NCBI GenBank assembly: GCA_021463515.1
Contig: JAJTYZ010000112.1
Location: 1,764 to 65,763 of the forward strand
Length of the DNA: 64,000 bases
From: Chthoniobacterales bacterium
GTDB lineage: Bacteria; Verrucomicrobiota; Verrucomicrobiia; Chthoniobacterales; JACTMZ01
Reading direction: 5' to 3'
Shown here: one piece after another, positions 19,089-28,440 of the stretch
Position numbering within the stretch: the stretch's first letter is position 1
Layout: each line of letters begins with the position of its first letter
Notes under the pieces: generated by a model
Told to the model about the DNA's origin: nothing
Databases searched by the model: none
The model's input: only the letters and a program-made list of their open reading frames with translations
Program-made: the position numbers and the translations under genes

Positions 19089-19841
19089 TCATAAGCTTTC
19101 ACCTTTACTGCCCACCGCAAGTACACCCAGATAAATCGGGGTCGCATCCTCCTTCGCTTCTACAACAGAATAATATTGAAAATGACGATCAGCCTGCCGA
19201 TTTATCCATACAATATTTCGTGTCATAATAGTTCGCACAACATTCCAACAAGCACCAAAAACGCTCTTATTCGTCGGTCTTCCCAACCAACCATGGCGTA
19301 TCAACCAAAATAAAAGCACACGCGGTCCGCAAGTGAGTTTCCATCCCTTTTCTCTCTGAAATCCCGCGTCTTCCAATTCGCAAAAAAGCCCCTCCAATGT
19401 CCAACGCCGATAATCCACAGGAACTCCGTGTTCCTCAAATAACCCATGCGTAGAAACCACGATTTTTCCGCCGTGCTTCAATAACCGCCATGCTTCTCGC
19501 AAATAAGTCTGCGGATGCCTCACATGCTCCAGCACCTGTGTCGAAAGAACTAAATCAAAAGATTCATCGGGTGCCGCTATTTTTTCGTCCTCGCCAAAAT
19601 GAAAATCTAACCCAGGAATATTCACACAGTCCGCCCGCCGATAATCGGCCTTGGGGAATAGCAAACGATAGGGAGACCCGCCTGCGCCAAAATCCAGAAT
19701 CCGAATGTTTTCATCACTGCGAATCAATTCCAATGCCTTTCTCAAATCAGTTAGCGCGATGAAATCCAGATCATTAACTATAGGTTGCCACCGCTTGCGA
19801 TTATATTCCGCAGCGGCAAGACCATGAATATCCTGCGTCAT
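19089..19841 (-). CDS. Class I SAM-dependent methyltransferase
   Basis: LDFGAGGSPY, STQVLEHV, DYRRWT. Confidence 0.85.
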   Translation of the reverse strand: MTQDIHGLAAAEYNRKRWQPIVNDLDFIALTDLRKALELIRSDENIRILDFGAGGSPYRLLFPKADYRRADCVNIPGLDFHFGEDEKIAAPDESFDLVLSTQVLEHVRHPQTYLREAWRLLKHGGKIVVSTHGLFEEHGVPVDYRRWTLEGLFCELEDAGFQREKGWKLTCGPRVLLFWLIRHGWLGRPTNKSVFGACWNVVRTIMTRNIVWINRQADRHFQYYSVVEAKEDATPIYLGVLAVGSKGESL

Positions 19842-19851
19842 GATAGAGTCT

Positions 19852-20658
19852 CTAACTTTTAATCAAAACCCGTGCAGAACGATCTACACGATGTAAATAA
19901 TAAGGGCGCTCCATCGCCCCGAAGTATTCATCAACAGCCTGACGTGCTCCTTGCCAATAGCCATAATCATCAATTATCAAAACACCTCCAGAAACAAGTT
20001 TAGGATAGAGATGGGTTAACTCATGGCGCGTTGACTTATACCAATCTGTATCCAATCGCAACAAAGCAATCTCGCCCTCAGGAGACTGAACGGGCAATGT
20101 TTCCTCCACCGGTCCCTTAATAAAATGGACTTTCTCCTCGGGATAGGAAGTTGAGCGAATATTCTGTCGTACATCATCCAGCCCCGCAATGCACCATACA
20201 CCTTCTTTATGAACATCATGCTCAAGATGCTTCTCCGCCAAAACTCCGTCTATCGTTCGATCTCTAGCGTCTGGCGTTGTCATTCCCTGAAAAGTATCAT
20301 AAAGATATAACTCTCTATCGGCAGCCATTTCCTGCATCAACGTTAACGCCATCGCCATACTGCTTCCCCCTCTCCAAACGCCACACTCTACAAAGGCGCC
20401 CAACAAATGATGCCGTAAAATGTATCGTACGGCATTGATGAGCGTCGCCTGCCCCTCCAATGTGGTCATGGTAAAAGGCGCCACCCGCTTCATCGTCTCG
20501 CGAGCCGCATTGTCGGCGTCTTCAGGAAAGATCAATAAAGCACTTTGTGATTTCGAATTTTGTGACCTATTTATTATTCGTCGCTTCAACCTCGACAAAA
20601 TAACATCCGGTCGAAAATCCCGCATGGTCAGGTTGTTCTTCGCTTTTATAGTTGCCAT
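19852..20658 (-). CDS. TylF/MycF/NovP family O-methyltransferase
   Basis: VECGVWRGGS, YDTFQG, LRLDTDWY, IIDDYG. Confidence 0.92.
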   Translation of the reverse strand: MATIKAKNNLTMRDFRPDVILSRLKRRIINRSQNSKSQSALLIFPEDADNAARETMKRVAPFTMTTLEGQATLINAVRYILRHHLLGAFVECGVWRGGSSMAMALTLMQEMAADRELYLYDTFQGMTTPDARDRTIDGVLAEKHLEHDVHKEGVWCIAGLDDVRQNIRSTSYPEEKVHFIKGPVEETLPVQSPEGEIALLRLDTDWYKSTRHELTHLYPKLVSGGVLIIDDYGYWQGARQAVDEYFGAMERPYYLHRVDRSARVLIKS

Positions 20659-20676
20659 ATCTTCACTCGCAAAACT

Positions 20677-21912
20677 CTAAACCTTCCAAACTGCATCTTC
20701 TAAATATGCACAAGTTTCCGGCCTCCAACCAAAGAGCGTAGGACGGCCATGAATGACGACCTCAAAATCACAAAGATTCTCAGCGATCTCATCTACGGGT
20801 TGCCCTGGTGCTCCTCCAAGAAATGCACGCACTGTATATTTCCCAACATTGAGACGGCAGCACGGGATTTCACATTGCAGGGTATGTGTCCCTGATGTGC
20901 GAAGCATCGGGCGTTCCTGATCATATTGCCACAAATGCACCACAGGGCGCTCCATGGAATCTAGGATTTGAAAAGAGAATGTCTTGCCGTGCTGTCCTTC
21001 AGGCATATGAATATCAAACTCAAAAATTAAAGGAGCCGCATGATGTTGTATGGCATTATCAGCACTAGTTATCACCTCAGCTCGTGTAATGGATGGCCGC
21101 TCCAAAACGGGGTCTGCTCGGTAAACCGTTTGTTTTTGATGCCCGCTCTCGAGGTAATCCCGAATGACATCCTCTGTCTTACCTGACGATCGCAGAAGCC
21201 CATGTTCCAAGAGAATGCAGCGAGCGGTGAGCGTTGCAATAGCATTCATATTATGACTTACAAAAAGCACCGTCCGCCCACCTTTGCCACTCACTTCTCG
21301 CATTTTGCCCAAGCATTTTTTTTGGAACTCTGCATCTCCAACAGCCAGCACTTCATCCACAATAAGGATTTCCGGTTCTAAATGTGCCGCGACCGCAAAG
21401 GCGAGTCGCACATACATTCCCGAACTATATCGCTTTACTGGCGTATCTATAAAACGATCAATCTCCGCAAATGCTACAATTTCATCAAACTTCGCCTTAA
21501 TCTCACGACGCGACATTCCTAAGATCGCCCCATTGAGAAAGATGTTTTCTCGCCCTGTGAGTTCCGGATGAAACCCTGTTCCTACCTCCAATAGCGACGC
21601 CACTCGGCCCGTAATGGTAATACGACCCTTCGTAGGTTCGGTAATGCGACTTAACACCTTGAGCAGTGTACTTTTTCCCGCTCCGTTACGCCCGATAACC
21701 CCGATTACCTCCCCCTGCTTGACGTCAAAGGAAATATCATTAAGAGCCCAAAATTCTTCGCCTTCCGCAAACTTCCCCGCCTTTCCATTCGATTGCTTCC
21801 GAAAGGGTGCCTTCACCCAAAAATCTAACTTATGCCGAAGCCCCTCCCCACTTCGATCCTTTCCAATAAAGTATCGCTTAGACAAATGCTCGACTTTAAT
21901 CAGTGAATCCAT
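20677..21912 (-). CDS. wzt: Polysaccharide ABC transporter ATP-binding protein with C-terminal Wzt_C-type domain
   Basis: GRNGAGKST, YSSGMYVRLAF, VDEVLAVGD; about 150 aa C-terminal extension. Confidence 0.93.
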   Translation of the reverse strand: MDSLIKVEHLSKRYFIGKDRSGEGLRHKLDFWVKAPFRKQSNGKAGKFAEGEEFWALNDISFDVKQGEVIGVIGRNGAGKSTLLKVLSRITEPTKGRITITGRVASLLEVGTGFHPELTGRENIFLNGAILGMSRREIKAKFDEIVAFAEIDRFIDTPVKRYSSGMYVRLAFAVAAHLEPEILIVDEVLAVGDAEFQKKCLGKMREVSGKGGRTVLFVSHNMNAIATLTARCILLEHGLLRSSGKTEDVIRDYLESGHQKQTVYRADPVLERPSITRAEVITSADNAIQHHAAPLIFEFDIHMPEGQHGKTFSFQILDSMERPVVHLWQYDQERPMLRTSGTHTLQCEIPCCRLNVGKYTVRAFLGGAPGQPVDEIAENLCDFEVVIHGRPTLFGWRPETCAYLEDAVWKV

Positions 21913-21958
21913 TTTTCAATAAATGAGCATAGGCACCTTCATATCTACACTCTTTCCT

Positions 21959-21985
21959 ATCCGTCTTATCCGTTTAATCCGTGGT
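21959..21985. repeat. Three copies of a 9-mer (ATCCGTnnn) between wzm and wzt
   Basis: atccgtctt atccgttta atccgtggt. Confidence 0.7.
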
Positions 21986-22006
21986 CAAAATCCTCCCTAT
22001 CACTTT

Positions 22007-22837
22007 TTAAATAATATCTGCAAATGTCCGTTCTGTTTTTCTAAAGAACCATATCCCCGAGGCTAAACCTATACCAACCAACGCCAGAGACACACCAAAG
22101 GCCGGCCAATAAGGTTGAACATCACCCGAGAGAATAGCCCAACGAAACCCATCAATCACACCCACCATCGGATTCAGTGAATAAAGCATAAATACGACTT
22201 CACCAAATTTTTCTCGAACAACATGACTACTGAACCCCACAGGTGAAATATACAATCCAAACTGGATAATGAATGGCAGAACATATTTAAAGTCACGGTA
22301 TTTGACATTTAAAGCCGTAATCCAAAGCCCTACGCCCAGTGCTGCGGCAAAAGCCGCCAAGGTAAATAAAGGCAGGAGCACCAAACGCCATGTGGGAACG
22401 TATTGATACCATAACATCAGTACCGCAAGGAATCCTAGATTAATGCAAAAATCCACGAGGCTCACAACTACCGCACTAGCAGGAACGATCAGACGCGGAA
22501 AATAAACTTTAGAAATGAGACTCGCATTACCTACAATACTGCCACTTGCCCCACTGAGAGAGTTCGCAAAAAATTGCCAGGGTAACATCGCTGCAAAGAC
22601 TAAAATAGGATAAGGTACGCCACCCGAAGGAAACCCGGCGAGCTTTCCAAAGATCACGGTAAAAACAATCATCGTTAGCAGGGGTTGAAGAAGTGCCCAA
22701 GTGACGCCTACCGCCGTTTGTTTGTAACGCACAAGAATGTCGCGCCACGCAAGGAAGCCAAACAGCTCTCGATACCGCCATAGATCGCGCCAATAATGCT
22801 TCTCCGTTCGCCCCGCTTCTATAATGAGTGTCGCCAT
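22007..22837 (-). CDS. wzm: Polysaccharide ABC transporter permease
   Basis: RDILVRYKQT, KVYFPR, LNPM, ERTFADII. Confidence 0.93.
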   Translation of the reverse strand: MATLIIEAGRTEKHYWRDLWRYRELFGFLAWRDILVRYKQTAVGVTWALLQPLLTMIVFTVIFGKLAGFPSGGVPYPILVFAAMLPWQFFANSLSGASGSIVGNASLISKVYFPRLIVPASAVVVSLVDFCINLGFLAVLMLWYQYVPTWRLVLLPLFTLAAFAAALGVGLWITALNVKYRDFKYVLPFIIQFGLYISPVGFSSHVVREKFGEVVFMLYSLNPMVGVIDGFRWAILSGDVQPYWPAFGVSLALVGIGLASGIWFFRKTERTFADII

Positions 22838-22866
22838 GTATAGTACTGATTAGTCGAATATCCTTA

Positions 22867-23538
22867 CTACGGGGTTGCCACTAACCATTGATTAAAGCCA
22901 ATGGGACGCTGCTCATTTATGAGTTTTCGCCACCAAGCAGGAGCGAGCCTTTTTACCTCATGCCCCGCATCTTTCAATAAACTGTGACATGCTTCGTCTA
23001 ATTCCTTGGAGTGAGTTTCAATTAAACAAAACACCTGTTTCTGACGCAGAACGTCGCGAAGTTTTTTAAGAACTATTTCCTCGCCCCCATCTATATCCAT
23101 TTTCATCAAAATAGGTTCGGGCAATTCTGCAAACAATTGCATTGCTGCATCAGGGGCATCTCCTCCAAGAAACCAATCTTCCCGTGCCTCAAGTCGAGCA
23201 TCATTTGTTAAGTAATTGAGTGCAAGATTCTCACGAAATACAGGCCAACGCTCCGGCTTAGGATCATAAGCGAGAACGCACTTCATACGTCGCTGCTTAA
23301 GTCCCCAAACGGTCAACTCTCCATAACCTGCACCCAGATCTATTAAACTTTGCGCTTCCTTTCCTGCCCAACGCAACCATGATGACGTCTCTGCTTCATA
23401 CGTTCCGAGCCACAAACTCATTTCGCAAGCAGGATCAATGGACAATATCAGTCCACGATACAAGCCAAAAGGAATACGACGCCCGGAGCGGCCTGTACCG
23501 AAGAGTGCTTTTTTGAAAAATGCCTTAATTTCCTTCAT
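22867..23538 (-). CDS. FkbM-like SAM-dependent methyltransferase
   Basis: IDLGAGYG, MKMDIDGGE, IETH; paralog of 511..1164. Confidence 0.8.
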   Translation of the reverse strand: MKEIKAFFKKALFGTGRSGRRIPFGLYRGLILSIDPACEMSLWLGTYEAETSSWLRWAGKEAQSLIDLGAGYGELTVWGLKQRRMKCVLAYDPKPERWPVFRENLALNYLTNDARLEAREDWFLGGDAPDAAMQLFAELPEPILMKMDIDGGEEIVLKKLRDVLRQKQVFCLIETHSKELDEACHSLLKDAGHEVKRLAPAWWRKLINEQRPIGFNQWLVATP

Positions 23539-23595
23539 CCTTTTTGGTTAGAGCGTGTCATGCACTTTTTAGGTGCCCGCACCTCCATGAAATGA

Positions 23596-24114
23596 TCAGT
23601 TCAAGCCCAAAGCTGTCTCCCAAATTTCCCACGTTTTATCAAGTCCGTGCCGCACAAGAATCTCTACAAACAAAGTTCTATCAAAGTCAGGCAATGCAAT
23701 GAGATACACAATTCGCGCTCGATCTTTCGGTCGCCCTACGGCTATTGCAATCGCGGCTAAATGCTCTGGGCGCATCACCCGCAAACACCCACCTTCCCAC
23801 TTCCTATGCAAAGCTTGCTCGACAGCCTCAGCCTCCAAGTTTGTTGAAACCATAAGAAATTGAACGGGAAGGTCGTGAATAAGAATAGCTTCTTGATCAA
23901 ATTCAGAAAACCCCATCTCTGCCAACTTCTCATAAAGAGGATTTAAGCTTACAAGAAGAGACTCGGAAGCTGAGTTCAGGAAAATAAAGACATCAACATT
24001 ACGGGTTGCCAAGGGTTCGCCATAAAAACCTGCTGCCGTTGCACCTCCGATAGCATAGTTCTCCAGCGAACCGGTATGAACAAGTCGCTCTAAAATTTCA
24101 CAGACTTTTTGTAC
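23596..24114 (-). pseudogene. Nucleotidyltransferase-fold protein, probably decayed (start codon lost)
   Basis: Frame extends upstream of TTG 24012 as VQKVCEILERLVHTGSLENYAIGGATAAGFYGEPLATRNVD (GG-A..TxxxD motif); C-terminal GRPKD; no ATG/GTG upstream in frame. Confidence 0.55.
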
Positions 24115-24371
24115 TGCTGCTTTATATGCTCTAACTTTCGCGTCTCCCTAATAAATTGACCAATAAGTTGAAGCTTCTCAAGCACCGGCAAAGACCTTTG
24201 TTTCGCACGTCAGCGTGGCATACCCCACTCCCTAGGCACCGGCGTGTCAACACCTTTGCCATATGATACTGATGGTTCACTTCTACTCATACTCAACCGC
24301 CATTCTCAAGTTTCCAGCCGTATGTTCGGATAATAAAGACCCATTCAAACGTCAATCCCAATTTCCTGCTC

Positions 24372-24974
24372 TTATGTTTTCTCCAGCTTGAAAATGCAAT
24401 GCAAACCTCTGCCAAACACCCAGGAAAGAGGCCGGAAATATATTGGAACACGGTTTGTAGAGAACACCACACGCGCATTTACCTCATCAAAAAGGCAACT
24501 CCACTCTTTCATGGATAGATAATTCCCGGGCACCGCGACTCCATGACGATCATTGCCCACAGCGTCCATTTTCCGAAGAATCCAATCATCGCCCCAGTTT
24601 TCGCTAAGATGATCTTTAATGAGAACCCCTTGACGTGCCACTCGAAGCATGTCCCCCAGAATCGCTCTTGGGTCTTCCGCATGATGAAAAACATCCACAG
24701 CCATAACATAATCCCAGGCTCCATCATTCCAGGGAAGGTGCCTACCATCAAAGGCACGCACCGGAATGGCCACCTCACTACGAACCAACACATCCACGCC
24801 TTCCACGGTACGAAGCTGGCGTTTCTCACGTAACATGGAGGCCAACCTTCCATCACCGCACCCCACATCCAGCAAGGTGGCTCCCTCCTGAAGCAGCGGC
24901 CCCAAAGCCGCCACGAGATTGCGGAGGCGTGTGGGGTGAATGATGCTTCCGTGGATGAATCCTGTGACTTTCAT
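24372..24974 (-). CDS. Class I SAM-dependent methyltransferase
   Basis: LLDVGCGDG, VDVFHH, LIKDH; ATG overlaps the upstream stop. Confidence 0.85.
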   Translation of the reverse strand: MKVTGFIHGSIIHPTRLRNLVAALGPLLQEGATLLDVGCGDGRLASMLREKRQLRTVEGVDVLVRSEVAIPVRAFDGRHLPWNDGAWDYVMAVDVFHHAEDPRAILGDMLRVARQGVLIKDHLSENWGDDWILRKMDAVGNDRHGVAVPGNYLSMKEWSCLFDEVNARVVFSTNRVPIYFRPLSWVFGRGLHCIFKLEKT

Positions 24975-25666
24975 TGCCTCGGAATGCTCTTGGACCCCAC
25001 AAACATCCATTTGCCCCAGGCCACTTGCTCAAGGGTGACATCGAACCGTTTGGCCACCTCCGCGCGTATCAAACTTCCGCTGGAAAGCCACGAATAGTAG
25101 GTATCTCGCTCCTCCTCGACCATCGTGGCAAAAGCATCGAATTTGGGAAGCAGACGCCGCGCCGGTTTCCAAAAACTGACGGCATGTACAGCCCGCAAAA
25201 ACGGAGTGTCCCAAGGTTCCACCGCGCAAAAGAGGCCGCCGGGAACCAAGGATTGCGCCACCTGATCCAACACAAGGGACAGATTTGTGGGAAGCTCCGG
25301 CAAGTGATGGAGTCCTCCTTGCACCACAAAGACATCCACCGATTGCGGCTCAAACCGCAAATCTCTACAATCGGCCACAATGCGGCGGGCGCGGTCAGGA
25401 GCCTTGGCCAACAAGGCCGGAGACAGGTCAACGCCGCTCAGATTTTGAAACCCCATCTCCTGCAATACCGCGAGGCCATTTCCCCGTCCGCAAAACAAAT
25501 CAACGATGTTCAGGGAGCGTTCCAAGGAATCGAATCCCATGCGAAAAAAGCGTTCCCGGAATTTCCGCTTCTCTTCAACAGGCTGCTCGAACCCCTGATA
25601 GGCATTCTCCCAACGCGGATTGCAGCAGTGCTCGCCGGAATGCCAGTAGATCAATCCGTCTTGCAT
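24971..25666 (-). CDS. Class I SAM-dependent methyltransferase
   Basis: VDLFCGRG, GVDLS, GGLHH, VEP. Confidence 0.85.
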   Translation of the reverse strand: MQDGLIYWHSGEHCCNPRWENAYQGFEQPVEEKRKFRERFFRMGFDSLERSLNIVDLFCGRGNGLAVLQEMGFQNLSGVDLSPALLAKAPDRARRIVADCRDLRFEPQSVDVFVVQGGLHHLPELPTNLSLVLDQVAQSLVPGGLFCAVEPWDTPFLRAVHAVSFWKPARRLLPKFDAFATMVEEERDTYYSWLSSGSLIRAEVAKRFDVTLEQVAWGKWMFVGSKSIPRQ

Positions 25667-25668
25667 CT

Positions 25669-26838
25669 TTATTTGCGCCTCAGTGACAGGACGCTTCCCA
25701 GAAAGGCCACGAAACATAATTGCACCGCCATGACGCACGCCGTAATGCCCGGCACCACCAACCGCATGGTTTGGGCATAATTCAGCGGGCCAAAGCCTTC
25801 ACTGCTCCAACGGAAAAAAATCACCGAAATCAGCAGAATGCCGACCATGAAAAGCCCGCTACTCAAAAGCAAACCTACCTCCAATCGCAAGAGCGCCGCT
25901 CCGGGACGCGTGCGTTTGCGCTTGGGCAAAATGCCCTCGGAGATGGCAAATTTTTCGATGAGAATTCCTAGGCAAAGCGCTTGGAATCCACAGATGATCA
26001 ACATGCTCCCAACCAGCAGCGTGTGGGCGTCAAATTGAATCCCCGCAATAGCCGTCCCCGGCAAAGCCAAGGCCCACGCAACCGCGCCCAGAACGAACAA
26101 AATCACGCCTGGGATCATGAAAAGCCACTGCGGGGTGCAAAGCAAAAAGAACCTCAAGGTTCGCCATCCATCGCGCATGGTGCGCAAATGCGGAGCGTGG
26201 GAAATCCTCCCGTCTTTGTGCAACGTGATCGGAACCTCGCTGATTTTTGCTCCGCCGAGGCTGGACTTGATGATCATCTCCGTGGCGAACTCCATGCCGG
26301 TACAACGCTGATCGAGGCGGAGATAAAGATCTTTGGTGAATGCCCGCAGCCCACAATAGATATCGTGAATGGGCGCATGAAACCAACGCGCTGCGAGGGC
26401 TGAAAACATGGGGTTGCCAATCCACCGATGACTCCACGGCATCGCCCCCGGAGCCACGCTCCCTCCCCCCGCGGGAAGGCGGCACCCCTGCACCAGCTCA
26501 CACCCCTCCCGCAATTTGGCCACGAATTTTGGAATCTCCCGAAAGTCGTAGCTGTCATCCGCGTCCCCCATCACAATCCATTGTCCGCGCGCATCGGCAA
26601 TTCCTCCCATGAGCGTGCTGCCGTAGCCCTTAGCCGCCACCGGAACGACGCGGGCTCCCTCTTTTTCGGCGAGAGCCTGCGAGCCATCGGTGCTTCCGTT
26701 GTCCGCCACAATGACTTCGCCAGTCAGCCCTGCTTCGCGGATACCCTCCCATGCCTTGCGAATGCACACGCCCAAGGTGTCCGACTCGTTCAGGCACGGA
26801 ATCACCACGCTTAATTCGATGTTTGGATTTTCCATCAT
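25669..26838 (-). CDS. GT2 polyprenol-phosphate glycosyltransferase (DPM1-like) with C-terminal TMs
   Basis: SVVIPCLNE, ADNGSTDGS, GDADDSYD, GMEFATEM, RDGWR. Confidence 0.9.
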   Translation of the reverse strand: MMENPNIELSVVIPCLNESDTLGVCIRKAWEGIREAGLTGEVIVADNGSTDGSQALAEKEGARVVPVAAKGYGSTLMGGIADARGQWIVMGDADDSYDFREIPKFVAKLREGCELVQGCRLPAGGGSVAPGAMPWSHRWIGNPMFSALAARWFHAPIHDIYCGLRAFTKDLYLRLDQRCTGMEFATEMIIKSSLGGAKISEVPITLHKDGRISHAPHLRTMRDGWRTLRFFLLCTPQWLFMIPGVILFVLGAVAWALALPGTAIAGIQFDAHTLLVGSMLIICGFQALCLGILIEKFAISEGILPKRKRTRPGAALLRLEVGLLLSSGLFMVGILLISVIFFRWSSEGFGPLNYAQTMRLVVPGITACVMAVQLCFVAFLGSVLSLRRK

Positions 26839-26841
26839 GGC

Positions 26842-28440
26842 TTAGCTCACCCGGGAATTGTCCGTGAGCGTTTTCCAAATTGCCACAAGCAATCCGAGAA
26901 TGCCTGCCAGCAGCATTCCCCATGCGGCCAACGCGACAGCTCCTGCACGGACGCCAAATTGCGAGTAAACATGGAATGGCATGAAATTCACGCGCAGCAA
27001 TCTCTCGGAAATCTCCGGCACCATGAGACGGCGTTCACAAAATTCACCTCCCAGCATCGTGGCAAAATTCAGCCATCTCTGGCCCACAAGAAAGTATTCA
27101 CGGCCCCATGCCGCCCATTGCACCTGCTCCAGGTTGCTCCAAAACAGGAGCGAGCCAATTTGGGCCGCAAGCGCATAGGCGGTCAAAATTCCACATGCGA
27201 TTTTTGCCGTTTTTCCCATCCGGGGCCAAAGGTGCGCCATCAGGCCGAAGCCAAGCAGACCCAGCATGATGGCCGGCGTGGTTGTATAACGGCTGCCCCA
27301 TCCTGACGCGCCGCCCGGCCACGGGTAGGGCGCGTAAAATGCAATCAATGTCAGCAATAATGCGAACAGGCAAAATCCAAGCGTTTTGATGTCCCTGGAG
27401 ACGCGCCAAAAATAAAAAATCAACAACAGCGCAAAAAGCAAAATCCCCGGATCCATCCACAGGGCGGAGTCATAACCGGAAAACAGCAGCGTCCATACGC
27501 CCCGCCACCAATCGCCGCCAACGTAAAAATCCGGATTTTGCAACTGATGCGCCCCGATATAGGTGTTTGTGAACGACCCGAATCTCACCCACTGATATAA
27601 ACGCTCTGCAACGACAAACAGCCCGAACACCGCGCCAAAAATTCCTGCGGCCTGAAGCCAGTTGCCGCGGCCCTTTGCCTTTCCATGCGCGTCACGGAAT
27701 GCAAAAAGCAAAACCGCCATAAAAAGTCCCGCGAAGGCCGTTTCAAAGATGGTTGGGAGGCGAACCAGAAGCGCGAATCCCGCCGCTGCTCCCGCTCCGA
27801 TCATATTGCCTAGGTGCCCGGTCAAGAACCATCGCAGACAAAAAAGGAGGAGAGCCAAGAAACATAGGAGCGTAAGATTATTTTCCTGATTCACCTGCGT
27901 CCATTGCAGCAGTGTCGTTCCAAAAAGCATCCCAATCGTTCCCGTCGCCGCAGCCGTGGGTTGAAAATTCAACAACAGCAGTAAATGAAACCCAAACACC
28001 ACGCACGCTGCGGTAATGAGTGGGAAAGTCGCATACACAATGAACGCGTGTTTGATCCTACCTTTCACACTGGCCGGATCAGGCATTGTTTCTCCAAGAA
28101 GCAGCGAGCTGACCATATCCGCCGGGAACATCACCAGACTCTGTCCTATTCCATACCACGCATGAATCACTCCATTGCGCCCGACAACGCCAAACTCAGG
28201 ATAATCCCCGTCCCGAACCGGAGGCTCATCCGTCCACAACGCGTGGGTGACCTGCAAGCGGCGCGAAGCATCTATCGAGCTGATATCTCCGTCCTCCACC
28301 GCAAACCCCGTCAGCAGAGCCATAAAAAATAATAAGATCGTCAATCTCCTTTGAAGTCCTTTTATTTGTCCCCCTGTTCCAAACTCTGTTGGACATTGGG
28401 ACAGTGATGCCATTAAACCCATGCCTGCTTTCCGCCTCAA
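26842..28440 (-). CDS. Polytopic membrane protein, putative GT-C glycosyltransferase
   Basis: About 11 hydrophobic segments, WYGIGQS, WGSRY motif; adjacent to a DPM1-like GT2; start uncertain. Confidence 0.6.
   Translation of the reverse strand: MRRKAGMGLMASLSQCPTEFGTGGQIKGLQRRLTILLFFMALLTGFAVEDGDISSIDASRRLQVTHALWTDEPPVRDGDYPEFGVVGRNGVIHAWYGIGQSLVMFPADMVSSLLLGETMPDPASVKGRIKHAFIVYATFPLITAACVVFGFHLLLLLNFQPTAAATGTIGMLFGTTLLQWTQVNQENNLTLLCFLALLLFCLRWFLTGHLGNMIGAGAAAGFALLVRLPTIFETAFAGLFMAVLLFAFRDAHGKAKGRGNWLQAAGIFGAVFGLFVVAERLYQWVRFGSFTNTYIGAHQLQNPDFYVGGDWWRGVWTLLFSGYDSALWMDPGILLFALLLIFYFWRVSRDIKTLGFCLFALLLTLIAFYAPYPWPGGASGWGSRYTTTPAIMLGLLGFGLMAHLWPRMGKTAKIACGILTAYALAAQIGSLLFWSNLEQVQWAAWGREYFLVGQRWLNFATMLGGEFCERRLMVPEISERLLRVNFMPFHVYSQFGVRAGAVALAAWGMLLAGILGLLVAIWKTLTDNSRVS

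Noticed and set aside
24974-25780. 268-aa plus-strand ORF
   Set aside because: Antisense shadow of GC-rich methyltransferase/GT genes; no recognisable motifs.
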